A stretch of 64,000 bases of DNA, taken from NCBI GenBank assembly GCA_000965745.1, contig CP009479.1, positions 1,920,001-1,984,000 on the forward strand, in the 5' to 3' direction. The position numbers and the translations under genes are program-made. Under the pieces are notes generated by a model. That model was not told the DNA's origin, searched no databases, and saw only the letters and a program-made list of their open reading frames with translations. Below, piece after piece: positions 39,447-49,502 of this stretch; the stretch's first letter is position 1; every line of letters starts with the position of its first letter. The stretch is from an uncultured archaeon (GTDB taxonomy: Archaea; Thermoplasmatota; Thermoplasmata; Thermoplasmatales; Thermoplasmataceae).

Positions 39447-40340
39447 TTGCCTGATTACAACGAACCTGAAGAGACGATCTACTCATTGATCAGAGAGTCC
39501 TTTCCGGACTTGAGCCTGGAGAGCATGGAGCTTGTAGACTCCGGGTGGGAGAATTATGTGGTCATTGCCAATAGAAAGATAGCGTTCAAGATCCCGAGAA
39601 AAATGGAAGGTGGGGAGCCCCTCACCAGGGAAATTTCAATAACCGGGTGCCTGAAGGACAGCCCGGTTGGAGTCCCCGTTTTCAAATATGTCAGCTCCCA
39701 TGGAGAGGTGCCTGTTGCAGGCTACGATCTAATTGAAGGCGACCCCCTCAATTCAATTGTGCGTCTGACATCACCAATAATAGCACAACTTGCAGAATTT
39801 CTGAATTACCTGTTCTCCAGGAAAGATGATGGCTGCGTGATAAACGCAATTGGATACCGTTCTGCGGAAGATTGGGTTAAAAAATACACGGAATACAGGG
39901 AGAACCTGTACTCGTCGTTGATTGAACTGCTCGATGATCAAACCTTGTCTGTCATCGCATTAAGATTTGACGAATTCCTGAATAATTCGTGCCGGACGCT
40001 GCAAACCTCCCCTGTTCACGGGGACCTCTACAGGGGTAATGTGCTTGTTGGGGCGGACGCATGTGCCGTAAAAGGAGTTATTGACTGGGGAACCGCAGAA
40101 TTTGGAGATCCTGCCATAGACTTTGCTGCAGTTGCAGTCGATTTTGACATCGAGCAGGTAGAAGAGATTCTTGAATCCTACGAAGGCCCTGTCGATAAAT
40201 ATTTTCGGGACAGGGTGGAATTTTACTGGCAGATGGAGCCCACCTACGGCATCCTGTACTTCTCCGGCAGGGATGAAGAAGAATGCGAGCGCCATGTAAA
40301 GGAGTTGCAAAAGAGGATATCAAAGGGGCTCTACGGGTGA
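39447..40340 (+). CDS. Aminoglycoside phosphotransferase (APH)-like kinase
   Basis: SGWEN, HGDLYRGN, VIDWG, GDPAIDFA. Confidence 0.88.
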   Translation: MPDYNEPEETIYSLIRESFPDLSLESMELVDSGWENYVVIANRKIAFKIPRKMEGGEPLTREISITGCLKDSPVGVPVFKYVSSHGEVPVAGYDLIEGDPLNSIVRLTSPIIAQLAEFLNYLFSRKDDGCVINAIGYRSAEDWVKKYTEYRENLYSSLIELLDDQTLSVIALRFDEFLNNSCRTLQTSPVHGDLYRGNVLVGADACAVKGVIDWGTAEFGDPAIDFAAVAVDFDIEQVEEILESYEGPVDKYFRDRVEFYWQMEPTYGILYFSGRDEEECERHVKELQKRISKGLYG

Positions 40341-40387
40341 TCTTTCCTCGATTCAGGAAAGGCATGGTTTTTTAATCTCTCATTCAG

Positions 40388-41479
40388 TTGTTTCAGGCAG
40401 GGGCAGTGCACATTACACTCAAAAGGGCAAGGGATTTGGGAATAGTATTTGAGGGCGAAACGGGCGGAATGAATAGTATAACTGATGTTCCGGAGGTTGA
40501 GGTTGGCCACTCCACCATAATATTTGGCGATCGGGAAAGTGTTGTTGGTTCAGGTCCTGCCAGAACCGGCATAACTGCCATACTTCCGCTTGGAAAGAAG
40601 AAAGTCAACTCAAACTTACTGGCTGGCGCTTCAGTCCTTAACGGCAATGGAGAGTTAACCGGCATCTCATGGCTGGAAGAGTCTGGAATGCTTTCGGGGC
40701 CCGTAATGCTTACAAACACATACAGTGTCGGGAAAGTGAGGGACGCGGTGCTGAAGTACATGACAGATAATGAGCTGGAGTCGGACTCACTCCCCGTCGT
40801 TGGGGAAATATCAGACGAGTACCTCAATGACATCAGGGGGCAGCACATCAGGGAAGAGCATGTTTTTGAATCGATAGGCAGGGCACAGAGAGAAAATGTT
40901 GAGGAAGGAAATGTTGGAGGAGGTACAGGGGCAGTGTGTTACGAATTCAAGGGCGGAATCGGCACTTCTTCAAGAATCCTGGAAGTATTGGAACGGGAAT
41001 ATTCTGTCGGTGTCATTGTTCAGGCAAATCACGGGCTCAGGCATCACCTGAACATCAACGGGATACCGGTTGGCCAGCACATCAGGAATAATCTCGTAAG
41101 AACTAAGGAGAGTGGCTCCATAGTAGGCGTGATAATCACGGATGCCCCCCTTCTCCCCCATCAGCTTAAAAGACTCTCAAGGAGGGCTTTCCTCGGACTG
41201 GCCAGAACAGGAAGCGTTTCCTCGAATGGATCAGGAGATTTCTTCCTGTCCATATCCACTGCTAATTCCTATGACGTCGATCCCGGCAGTATGGTTGAAT
41301 CCACGTGGATACCAAATAGCTCGATTGACCCGTTGCTTGAAAACGTGGTTTATTCAACGGAGGAGGCAATAATAAATGCCCTAGTAGCCGCGGAATCCAT
41401 GAGTGGTTTCGGGAGGCATTATGTTTCGGCAATGCCCCATGACAGGGTCCAGGAACTTTTGAAAAAGAGACGGAACTGA
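40388..41479 (+). CDS. DmpA/P1 family aminopeptidase
   Basis: NSITDV..V.VGH, RTGIT, NGNGELTG, GNVGGGTG, KGGIGTSSR, GSI cleavage site, SGD. Confidence 0.9.
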   Translation: MFQAGAVHITLKRARDLGIVFEGETGGMNSITDVPEVEVGHSTIIFGDRESVVGSGPARTGITAILPLGKKKVNSNLLAGASVLNGNGELTGISWLEESGMLSGPVMLTNTYSVGKVRDAVLKYMTDNELESDSLPVVGEISDEYLNDIRGQHIREEHVFESIGRAQRENVEEGNVGGGTGAVCYEFKGGIGTSSRILEVLEREYSVGVIVQANHGLRHHLNINGIPVGQHIRNNLVRTKESGSIVGVIITDAPLLPHQLKRLSRRAFLGLARTGSVSSNGSGDFFLSISTANSYDVDPGSMVESTWIPNSSIDPLLENVVYSTEEAIINALVAAESMSGFGRHYVSAMPHDRVQELLKKRRN

Positions 41480-41603
41480 TCTAATGCGTGTTTCTCGAAG
41501 TATAGCTACATTTGCAAACATTCAATTAAGGACAATATTAACAATAAATCCATCAAAAATAATGTTTAAATATCGGATAGCTGTAAATTTAGATAGATAA
41601 TTT

Positions 41604-43895
41604 ATGGCGAACAAAAGAATTGTTTTAATTACGGCAGTTCTTGTTGCAGCTATTATGGTTTTGTCGTCTCTCACCATATTGACAGAGGCGGCAGGGCAGA
41701 ATAATAGCCCAGGAACTAGTGCAGCACAGACAACAGCGACTTCCCAGGTAACGAAACAGACCTCCACGCTTTCGGCCAAGGCAAGCAGTATTCTGCAGGA
41801 CCTCCAGTCAAAAGGAGTTCCCAGCAACTACGTTTATCTGCCAAGTTTCAAGAAAGCGGCAATAACCGGAACTAACATCAGCGGACCAAGCTACGGGAGC
41901 GCACCAGCGCCGATGGGAATAGGAACTTATGGGTTTTCCAACAACAGCGGAGTCATCACGAGATATGACCTGAACACATCCAGTTTTTCAGGGGCAGTGA
42001 CTTTCAACAACTTCACGACTTTCTACCCCTATGATGATGGGCCGAACAGCGTGACTGTTCAGCTTAACTCCATACTCAACAATGTAACACTGTTCGGCAA
42101 GACGAACTACACCTTCTGGAACCAGAACGTGTTATTCTACTCTGCAAGGACTCATACTGTGCAGTTTCTTGATAACATCTGGAACTTTTCCAGCCCTGCA
42201 TTCTACCTTAGCCCGAACGTTTTCAGCTCATACCAGGGGAACCTGGTCGCTCCTGTATTCTACTATGCAGTTGGTCCGGCATTCTCAGTCACATATCCTT
42301 TCACGGTGAATTTCTACCTCAATTCAACGGTGCTCAATGGTGAAAATACAGTGTTTTTCAACTACACGCTTAAAGATGCCACCGGAGCAGTGTCAGGCTC
42401 TTTTGACGAGGTCCAGTTCAATTCAACTTACGGAATGCCTGCCGGATATTCCGCACCACAGGCGAACTATTACGTAACTTCCAAGAACTTGACCCCGACG
42501 GGATTTATACCGTATGATTCTGAGATCATGATTGGAGGGCCCGGAGGAGGGAGCACAGCTATGATTTACAACATAAACGCAACAATGACCCTCAAGTACA
42601 AGAATGCAGCGAACAACTACGTGAACGTTCCATCGGCCTATGATGTTGGATCTGAAACGGGTGAGACCTCAACCGGCATTGCCGTCACATGGACGCCGAA
42701 CGCCGTGGCTCATCTCAGTGCAGGCCCGTCATTCGTTTACGGAATGTGGAACGTGTCCCAGGTGAATACATTTGATCACTACACTGGAAATGTAAACCCA
42801 CCGAATTCATTCATGTTTGTAAGCCAGGGATCGCCGTTCAACAGCAGCAACGCTTCGTGGAGCCCCCTGTCACAGTCAGGCGGTTATTCATTCTGGTTGC
42901 CCCATGGAACATATGGCTCTTCCATTCTGATGAGCAACAGGAACCCACGGACAGGCACGCTAGTTCCGGGAGTCATGCAGAATACCCATCTGACATGGAA
43001 CCACGCTCGTGGGGTATACACACCGCTCTATGCTTTCGGAAACCAGCAGCTCAAGTACATTTCGATGCTTGGCCACGGAACTCCACAGAATCCATACGTA
43101 CTGTTCAACAACCCATCACCGACGGGCTATCTGAATCCACTGTTTTCGTCCTTTAACGACTACGTGTTCCCGGATTTCACTGGTGTTCTGCTGCACAGCA
43201 CAAGCGCTTATGTGGTCATGTATAACATGCCTTCGTTCAATGTCCAGTATACGCAGCCATCCCAGCTCCATGCACTTGCATACTTTGGCGTCCAGTACAC
43301 GACAAACCAGATAGGGTTCGTCCTATACAACTCACAGAACGTTCTCATGACGCATAACTCGATCAGCGGCTGGTACGCGAACACACTTACAGAATTCCCT
43401 GCAGCCAACGTGCTTCTGTGGAATTCGCAGGACAACCTTATAGCGAACAACAACTTCACAACAATGGACAGCTCACTGTTAATCTACAACATGCATGGAC
43501 AGAGGGGTGACAACTCCGTAATGGGCAACAGCTTCATCCAGGACAAGTCGCTCACAAACATGACCTACCCCGGAATAGCAATTGATACCACATTCGGGAC
43601 GTCAGTTTACGGGCCTGTTGCCCTCACTGTGTACAGCTCCCACAACGTGATAACGCAGAATTACTTCATAGTGTACAATCCGATTAACAGCCCCTTTTAC
43701 AGCATATATTCCGGCCTTGGTGCAAAGTACATCAACTTCTGGAACGGCAACTTCTGGTGGAACTACTACCCACACAGCGGAACTTACAACAATTATGGGC
43801 TGATAGCATTTGGCGGTGACCACCATCCCATCAGTGTAAAGGGGTACACACCATACGTGTTCCTGCCATATGTTACAAACTTTTTATACAGCTGA
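41604..43895 (+). CDS. Thermopsin (A5)-family secreted protease with C-terminal beta-helix-like region
   Basis: Signal peptide, PAPMGIG, QLN, FWNQNV, DNIWN, GGPGGG, GSETGE; many N-x-S/T sequons. Confidence 0.88.
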   Translation: MANKRIVLITAVLVAAIMVLSSLTILTEAAGQNNSPGTSAAQTTATSQVTKQTSTLSAKASSILQDLQSKGVPSNYVYLPSFKKAAITGTNISGPSYGSAPAPMGIGTYGFSNNSGVITRYDLNTSSFSGAVTFNNFTTFYPYDDGPNSVTVQLNSILNNVTLFGKTNYTFWNQNVLFYSARTHTVQFLDNIWNFSSPAFYLSPNVFSSYQGNLVAPVFYYAVGPAFSVTYPFTVNFYLNSTVLNGENTVFFNYTLKDATGAVSGSFDEVQFNSTYGMPAGYSAPQANYYVTSKNLTPTGFIPYDSEIMIGGPGGGSTAMIYNINATMTLKYKNAANNYVNVPSAYDVGSETGETSTGIAVTWTPNAVAHLSAGPSFVYGMWNVSQVNTFDHYTGNVNPPNSFMFVSQGSPFNSSNASWSPLSQSGGYSFWLPHGTYGSSILMSNRNPRTGTLVPGVMQNTHLTWNHARGVYTPLYAFGNQQLKYISMLGHGTPQNPYVLFNNPSPTGYLNPLFSSFNDYVFPDFTGVLLHSTSAYVVMYNMPSFNVQYTQPSQLHALAYFGVQYTTNQIGFVLYNSQNVLMTHNSISGWYANTLTEFPAANVLLWNSQDNLIANNNFTTMDSSLLIYNMHGQRGDNSVMGNSFIQDKSLTNMTYPGIAIDTTFGTSVYGPVALTVYSSHNVITQNYFIVYNPINSPFYSIYSGLGAKYINFWNGNFWWNYYPHSGTYNNYGLIAFGGDHHPISVKGYTPYVFLPYVTNFLYS

Positions 43896-44018
43896 TGTTG
43901 AAAAACATCACATTTTTTTCTAATTGCAAATAACTATTCAACATATGAACGGTTTTTCGGGATATCACAATAGATATGTTATTTCGAAATGTTTTTATTT
44001 TGAAACAAGTTATATTTT

Positions 44019-44681
44019 ATGGTAAAATTAAAATGGTTAGGACATGCAGCGTGGCTGGTATTTTACAGAGACACAACCATCATAATCGACCCGTATTTAA
44101 CAAACAATCCAAAGGCACCCATGAAAGCCGATGAAATCGAGAAACTCGATTACATCTTCATAACACACGATCATTTCGATCATCTGGGGGACGCTTTTGA
44201 CCTGGCCAAGAGAACAGGGGCAAAGACAGTCAGTATTTTTGAGATTTCCAATATGGCCACTGAGGCCGGGGTCCCACAGGAAAATGCGATAGGCATGAAC
44301 AAAGGCAGCGGTCTTGTTAGCCTGGGCAGCCTTAAGGTTTCCCTTACCCATGCAGATCACAGCGGGCACGAGGTGGGATTCGTCATTGACGGTGATGGCA
44401 AGACCATCTATCATGCTGGAGATACCGCACTTTTCGGCGACATGTCATTAATAGGTCAGTTATACCGCCCCAGCGTTGCCATACTGCCCATTGGGGGGTT
44501 TTATACTATGGGGCCCAGGGAAGCAGCAATGGCTGCCGACCTGATTGGCGCCGGAATAAGCATTCCGATGCATTACAATACATTCCCCGCAATTGAACAG
44601 AATCCTGACAGCTTCACCAGCCAGATTAAAAATGGCAAAGGAAAAGTGCTGAAAGTAGGGGAAGAATATGAGATTCCGTGA
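44019..44681 (+). CDS. Metallo-beta-lactamase-fold hydrolase (UPF0173-like)
   Basis: WLGHA, THDHFDH, YHAGDT, PMHYNTF. Confidence 0.9.
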   Translation: MVKLKWLGHAAWLVFYRDTTIIIDPYLTNNPKAPMKADEIEKLDYIFITHDHFDHLGDAFDLAKRTGAKTVSIFEISNMATEAGVPQENAIGMNKGSGLVSLGSLKVSLTHADHSGHEVGFVIDGDGKTIYHAGDTALFGDMSLIGQLYRPSVAILPIGGFYTMGPREAAMAADLIGAGISIPMHYNTFPAIEQNPDSFTSQIKNGKGKVLKVGEEYEIP

Positions 44682-44696
44682 GATCATTAAGGAGAC

Positions 44697-45266
44697 GTGC
44701 TAAAAATGGCATTGGCATCTGTTGCATTTTCGATCTCGGCTTTCTCCATATCTGCATTCCTTTCCGGCCTCTTCCTGCTGGGCAAAGATCAGGGGGAAAA
44801 TTCAGGGAAAACCCTTGGCATAATCAATGTGCTGGTGGGGATTTCAATCTTCATATCATCCATTCTTCTATTTACCACTGTTCCATTTGGGACAGGCTCG
44901 CCTGCCGAAAATGTCCAGCTTGGATTCTCCGTGCTTCAGGTATTCTTCGGTATAGTGTGGATATCGTTCGGGGCTTCCACCCTTTATAACTGGGACATGA
45001 AATTCATTGGATCCACTACCCTATTACTGCTAGTCTACAACGTAATAGTTCTGATAGTACTTCCAATTAGCTGGAGTGCGGCTTTCACTACGGTGGGAAT
45101 GGTCGTTGTTGAACTTGCACTCTTCTCCTACATACTCGATGAATTTGGGTTCTGGGCGGTAACACATGGGAAAATGAAGGCTACCGTGCAGGGATATTTT
45201 CTGATAGCCTCCAGTGTTCTGTCCATTGCCCTGGCTGTTATCCCCGGCGGGATAATACCTATGTGA
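44697..45266 (+). CDS. Membrane protein resembling AmiS/UreI channels
   Basis: About 6 TM; LSGLFLLGK...GIINVLVG and FG..W pattern. Confidence 0.55.
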   Translation: MLKMALASVAFSISAFSISAFLSGLFLLGKDQGENSGKTLGIINVLVGISIFISSILLFTTVPFGTGSPAENVQLGFSVLQVFFGIVWISFGASTLYNWDMKFIGSTTLLLLVYNVIVLIVLPISWSAAFTTVGMVVVELALFSYILDEFGFWAVTHGKMKATVQGYFLIASSVLSIALAVIPGGIIPM

Positions 45267-45424
45267 CATCCTCCCCGCCCTATCAGACGGGGCTTCCTGC
45301 TTCCCTGACCGGCTGAACCATCCGGAAGGATAGTTGGACTCCAGTCTCCACAGGCTTAAAAAACAGGAGTAATATCCTCCATTTTTTTGTGCCATGCCAG
45401 GATTAACGCGCTTTTTACTGTGAG

Positions 45425-45784
45425 CTAGAAAGTCTTTGTGTCCCATCTTCTGAATGAGTCCACTACAGCAATTATTCCAGCCACGATCAGGAATGCCGAC
45501 GGAATCAGAAAGAAACCTCCCACAAGATACACACCCAGTGCACCTGAAACCGCCATCGGGACCCCGCCAACAAGAGACTCGATTCGTGTTATGAACGCAC
45601 CTGCGAGTCCTACAAGAGATAGAAAAATGGCAATCCAGCTACTCTGGAAGAAAGAGAATGCACCATATATGTGCAGCAGTGATCCTATCCCTCCCGCAAC
45701 CAGTGCAACCAGGCCCATAAGTAACCCGATCACTCCGCCAACCATTCCAAGGATTGCTATGTCGTTCCCTTTGAATCCACCCAT
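45425..45784 (-). CDS. Small Gly-rich membrane protein (DUF4064-like)
   Basis: Hydrophobic Gly-rich helices. Confidence 0.65.
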   Translation of the reverse strand: MGGFKGNDIAILGMVGGVIGLLMGLVALVAGGIGSLLHIYGAFSFFQSSWIAIFLSLVGLAGAFITRIESLVGGVPMAVSGALGVYLVGGFFLIPSAFLIVAGIIAVVDSFRRWDTKTF

Positions 45785-45899
45785 TATGTATAAATCGGCT
45801 GACGCATACTTAAGAGTTGATGCTTATTATGCAAGATCCTCATGGTAAAACTCTGTCCAGGGTCTTTTAACTCACGCGCAGGCAGAAGATGAACACATG

Positions 45900-46510
45900 T
45901 GAATGAAATGGACCATAACCGCACACAATAGAGGACCGTAGATCTTTCGACTGGTACCATCATGGACTTCGGCCATTTATTCCAGATACGGTGTAATGCA
46001 GGATGGTTGCTGGTGCGATTACTACCACGCAGCACACCCCGCATATGGAAAGACTAAAATGGAGAGGTTTTAAAGCAACCTGAACTTGAAAAGATCGCTT
46101 GTGAAAAATGGAAAATCACGCGGTATCCTCGTCTATTTCGGTGAGGAGGTAGCAGCCTCCCGCCGGTATGGCGCGAGGGGAGAGCTTCATAGAATTGACT
46201 GAAAAAGAAGGTACTGGCAGATTACTGTTCCGCGCGATGAGATTAAGCTTTTCACCTTCACCTGCTTCTTCATAGACAAAGAACACAGGCACAGCGGACC
46301 TGTGGGATTATGCTCATGGAATCCCTGAAACGCATTTCTGAAAGTGGTGGCGGGATAGTTGAGCCATGCCCTGCCACACATTCAACTTCTGTCGAGAGAC
46401 CGTTCGAATTCCTTCATGCATATCTTGACGAAGGGTTTGAACCGATTTCGATATCGGGCAAAGTAGTGTTCAGGTCAGGAAGAAAGCGGATCAATCACCA
46501 GAATGGGTAA
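45900..46510 (+). pseudogene. Frameshifted GNAT acetyltransferase
   Basis: Fragments across frames: DGCWCDYYH, LVKNGKSRGILVYFGEEVAA, FTCFFIDKEHRHSG, GGIVEPCP; boundaries approximate. Confidence 0.7.
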
Positions 46511-46757
46511 TACCGAAGCATTGTGCGTGAAGAGGCTCTTCAATCATAGCAGGTATTCAGCAGATAGTTTAACAGTTAAGGATTCAACCTTTATTGCCAG
46601 TTCGGTATAATTTGTACATGTGCGAATATTGCATACTGGACGATGAAGAGTCTTCCTGTTCTTGCCCCTGCTCATCATACATGGGAAAGAAATTCTGCAA
46701 AGTGTGTGGACACAAAATAAGAATGGTCCATTCACCGAGATGACTGGTGCTCAACCC

Positions 46758-47186
46758 CTACAGTTCTGAGAAATTGCTGCAGAAAGGAAAACACTCACTG
46801 AAGCGGCAAAGTGCGATTCTGGTGTCTGCTGCTTCTTCAACAGAATCCTTGTCGGATTCACTGAAGATGCTTACAAAATCTTCCCTGTCGAATAAAGACA
46901 GGATCATTGCCACTTTAGGGTGCAGCAGTGTCCCGCTGCCACCCTCTGCTTTCAGTATTGCCGAATGAATGAGAACGTCCTCTGGGCTTACCTTTCCCTC
47001 ATCGTTGTGGATGTCTACCGCCCTCATGGACATTATAAGCCATGTCCTGTATTTCTGAACAAGATCGCAAAGAAATGTGGGCCTTTCGAACATGAACTGT
47101 TCGTTGTTTTCCTTGAGCGATTTGGCTTCCCGGACAATGTTATCATATTCGCTTTCCACTAGATTGATGAAGGTGGAGATATGCAT
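46758..47186 (-). CDS. Hypothetical protein (possibly truncated)
   Basis: 142-aa ORF with protein-like N-terminal part. Confidence 0.4.
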   Translation of the reverse strand: MHISTFINLVESEYDNIVREAKSLKENNEQFMFERPTFLCDLVQKYRTWLIMSMRAVDIHNDEGKVSPEDVLIHSAILKAEGGSGTLLHPKVAMILSLFDREDFVSIFSESDKDSVEEAADTRIALCRFSECFPFCSNFSEL

Positions 47187-47321
47187 GAATAATGGAACAG
47201 TGCATGCTTCAAATAATAGCCAGTCACTAATGTTAAGGCATTATGGCAGGCTACGTTGCCCAAAACTTCCTTATATTGGAGGTTTTGGATGCCATCCCTG
47301 AAAGGGTGGTGTTAAAGGCGG

Positions 47322-48236
47322 TTAATTATCACCGACGATCTTCTTCTCCTTCACAATGGACTTGTCAGAGACCGATATCTTTTCAGCTTCAACATAGCCA
47401 ATCCTGCAGTTGTCGCCGATTGTCACTTCCCGGGCACTGATTTTCGGGCACCTGACGCTCTCTATTCTGACAGTGCCACCCTTGATCTCGCCAATGTCGA
47501 CCCTGGAGCTCGGGAACACAAGGCGTTTCTTTACGGTGACCAGAATATCGTCAGATTCGAGGAGCTTGATCTCAGTCCCCCACCCCATGCTCTCAAGCTC
47601 GAAAGAATCAGCCTTGACGTTTGAAGCAGTTATTGCGCCATGTATCTGTACCTTGCCCGATTCTAAAGTCTCTGTATGGACTATCCCGGAACTGTCCATT
47701 GTCCTGCACTTTATCCCCGACGCTTTAAGTGTTCCCTTTGATTCCACACTCTCGGATTCAAGCAAGCCTGCCATTTTTGCGCTTCCGAAAGATATAAAAG
47801 CCGACACTTTTGTGCTTTCAGAGGACAGTGTACCCGAACTGTTCAGGGCACCCCCCTTTATAACTCCTGAAACGTTAAGCGACCCAGAATTCGCCAGGCT
47901 GTCGCTGAAATACACTGATCCATCTACCTTTGCTGCTCCTGAGACTTTCATCAGGGCAACGTGGACCGAACCCGAAACTTTTCCAGACCCTGAAATGTGT
48001 AATTCATGGGCGTCAACTTCAGTCAGACTTCCCGAACCTGATATTCTTACAACCGAATTGCTCCCACTTTTCCTCTTCTGTCCGGGAGTCTCCGCGGTCT
48101 CCACTGACGGGTTCTCAGGACCATCGTTCCACCTTTCCTTCATCTCTTCATATGTTTCCCTGGTGATTTCCCCCTCCTCAAGCATCTTGTCCAATTTTTC
48201 CTTCATGTTGTTGTCCATCCGTATCATGCTGATCAA
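47322..48236 (-). CDS. Bactofilin-like (polymer-forming) beta-helix repeat protein with N-terminal SHOCT-like helix
   Basis: Repeated ISGSG/VSGAA/NSGSL/SSGTL units; LEEGEITRETYEEMKER; start probably at MDNNM or MKEKL. Confidence 0.75.
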   Translation of the reverse strand: MISMIRMDNNMKEKLDKMLEEGEITRETYEEMKERWNDGPENPSVETAETPGQKRKSGSNSVVRISGSGSLTEVDAHELHISGSGKVSGSVHVALMKVSGAAKVDGSVYFSDSLANSGSLNVSGVIKGGALNSSGTLSSESTKVSAFISFGSAKMAGLLESESVESKGTLKASGIKCRTMDSSGIVHTETLESGKVQIHGAITASNVKADSFELESMGWGTEIKLLESDDILVTVKKRLVFPSSRVDIGEIKGGTVRIESVRCPKISAREVTIGDNCRIGYVEAEKISVSDKSIVKEKKIVGDN

Positions 48237-48292
48237 CAGGCCGGAATATTTATATTTATTTCAAAATAATTATTTAAATCTGTGAAAAATAT

Positions 48293-48341
48293 AGTTGCAT
48301 TAGATCAACTGACAAGTTCAACCATCAACGGAAAGGTTGAA
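48293..48341. promoter_or_regulatory. Two inverted repeats in a divergent promoter (AGTTG-N8-CAACT; TTCAACC-N11-GGTTGAA)
   Basis: 48293-48310 and 48317-48341, just upstream of an ArsR-like regulator. Confidence 0.45.
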
Positions 48342-48367
48342 GGTATCTTTCTCCATATGAACCATGC

Positions 48368-48778
48368 ATGTTGGAAGTACTGCACACCCTTACATCACCG
48401 TCAAAGGTTAACGTGTTCAACCTTATCAGGGAACCCTCCACTCCTGAGAACATAGCTTCTGAACTTGGCATCACCCGGCAGGCCGTCGACAAACACCTCA
48501 AAGATTTGCAGAAGTACGGGGCCATACGGAAGATGTGGCTCTTATCCTCGGACCGCCCCAGGATTCAATACGTTGCCACTGAACTTGGCCTCTATTTCTA
48601 CGGGGAAATCGGGTCGTTCATGTCATCATACAGGTCCAGGGGGAAGAAGGACGCCATTGAGAGCCTGAAAGACCTTGACGTAAGTATGTTGAACGGGGAT
48701 ATCAGTGTAGACGAATATACGTCCCGGAAGGAAAGGATTTCCAGGGACTATTCTTGGTTTGTATCCGATGACGAATGA
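48368..48778 (+). CDS. ArsR-like winged-HTH regulator with C-terminal SHOCT-like helix
   Basis: IASELGITRQAVDKHLKDLQKYG; LNGDISVDEYTSRKERI. Confidence 0.8.
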   Translation: MLEVLHTLTSPSKVNVFNLIREPSTPENIASELGITRQAVDKHLKDLQKYGAIRKMWLLSSDRPRIQYVATELGLYFYGEIGSFMSSYRSRGKKDAIESLKDLDVSMLNGDISVDEYTSRKERISRDYSWFVSDDE

Positions 48779-49502
48779 CCGCCGTATTGCCCAAACTTGC
48801 CAGATCATTCCCCGGACAACTGTACAGATCTGCAGAATAGTGCAAGCCTGAGAAAAGGCAGCCTCATGGAACTCACCGGATTGATATTATTGTAAAGGGC
48901 TGATCTGCGGGCCAGCCGATAACCATTACGCCAGATCATAAACAGGCAAAGTTGATCTGAAACCCTTGCAGTCAAAGGTGTCTTTGACATGAGAAGGCGA
49001 TCGCGGGAGTTATCCTCCAGTTCGTCAAGAAGAGGAAGCCCGAACGGAAATTCATGGGGTGGGTCCCACCACCTTGGATCACAACTCTTTCGAGTTCCTT
49101 GAGATGTGAGAGTATCTCCCGGTAATTGTCTCCCCACTCGTTGTCTATCCTGGCAAGCTCCTGTATTAAGGAAGCAGGAAAATCATGAGATGTGAAATAT
49201 TTCGGGAATATCTGAATCACATTCTTCCCGCCTTCCGTTAGTGAGGCAGTCAAATTTTGGAAAAGCTGTATCAGCCATGTTTGATGGAGCATTCATTCAG
49301 TAAAAGACACCTGCCATGATCAATACTGGTCCTGGCTTTTTTTAAAAATATTCTTGCCAGTAATTGAAAAGAATTTAAAGGAATACCCAATATAACCATA
49401 CTGTCTTGATTATTGCGATTCAGCCCCACAATCCAAGTTTACAGCAACATGGGGCTGTAACCCACGCAGGCGGAAACGGGACCTGCATTTGAGGTGATAA
49501 GT

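Noticed and set aside
39447-40340. APH as an antibiotic-resistance gene
   Set aside because: The fold is a broad small-molecule kinase family; there is no evidence for the substrate
47410-48285. 291-aa plus-strand ORF
   Set aside because: Antisense shadow of the bactofilin-like gene
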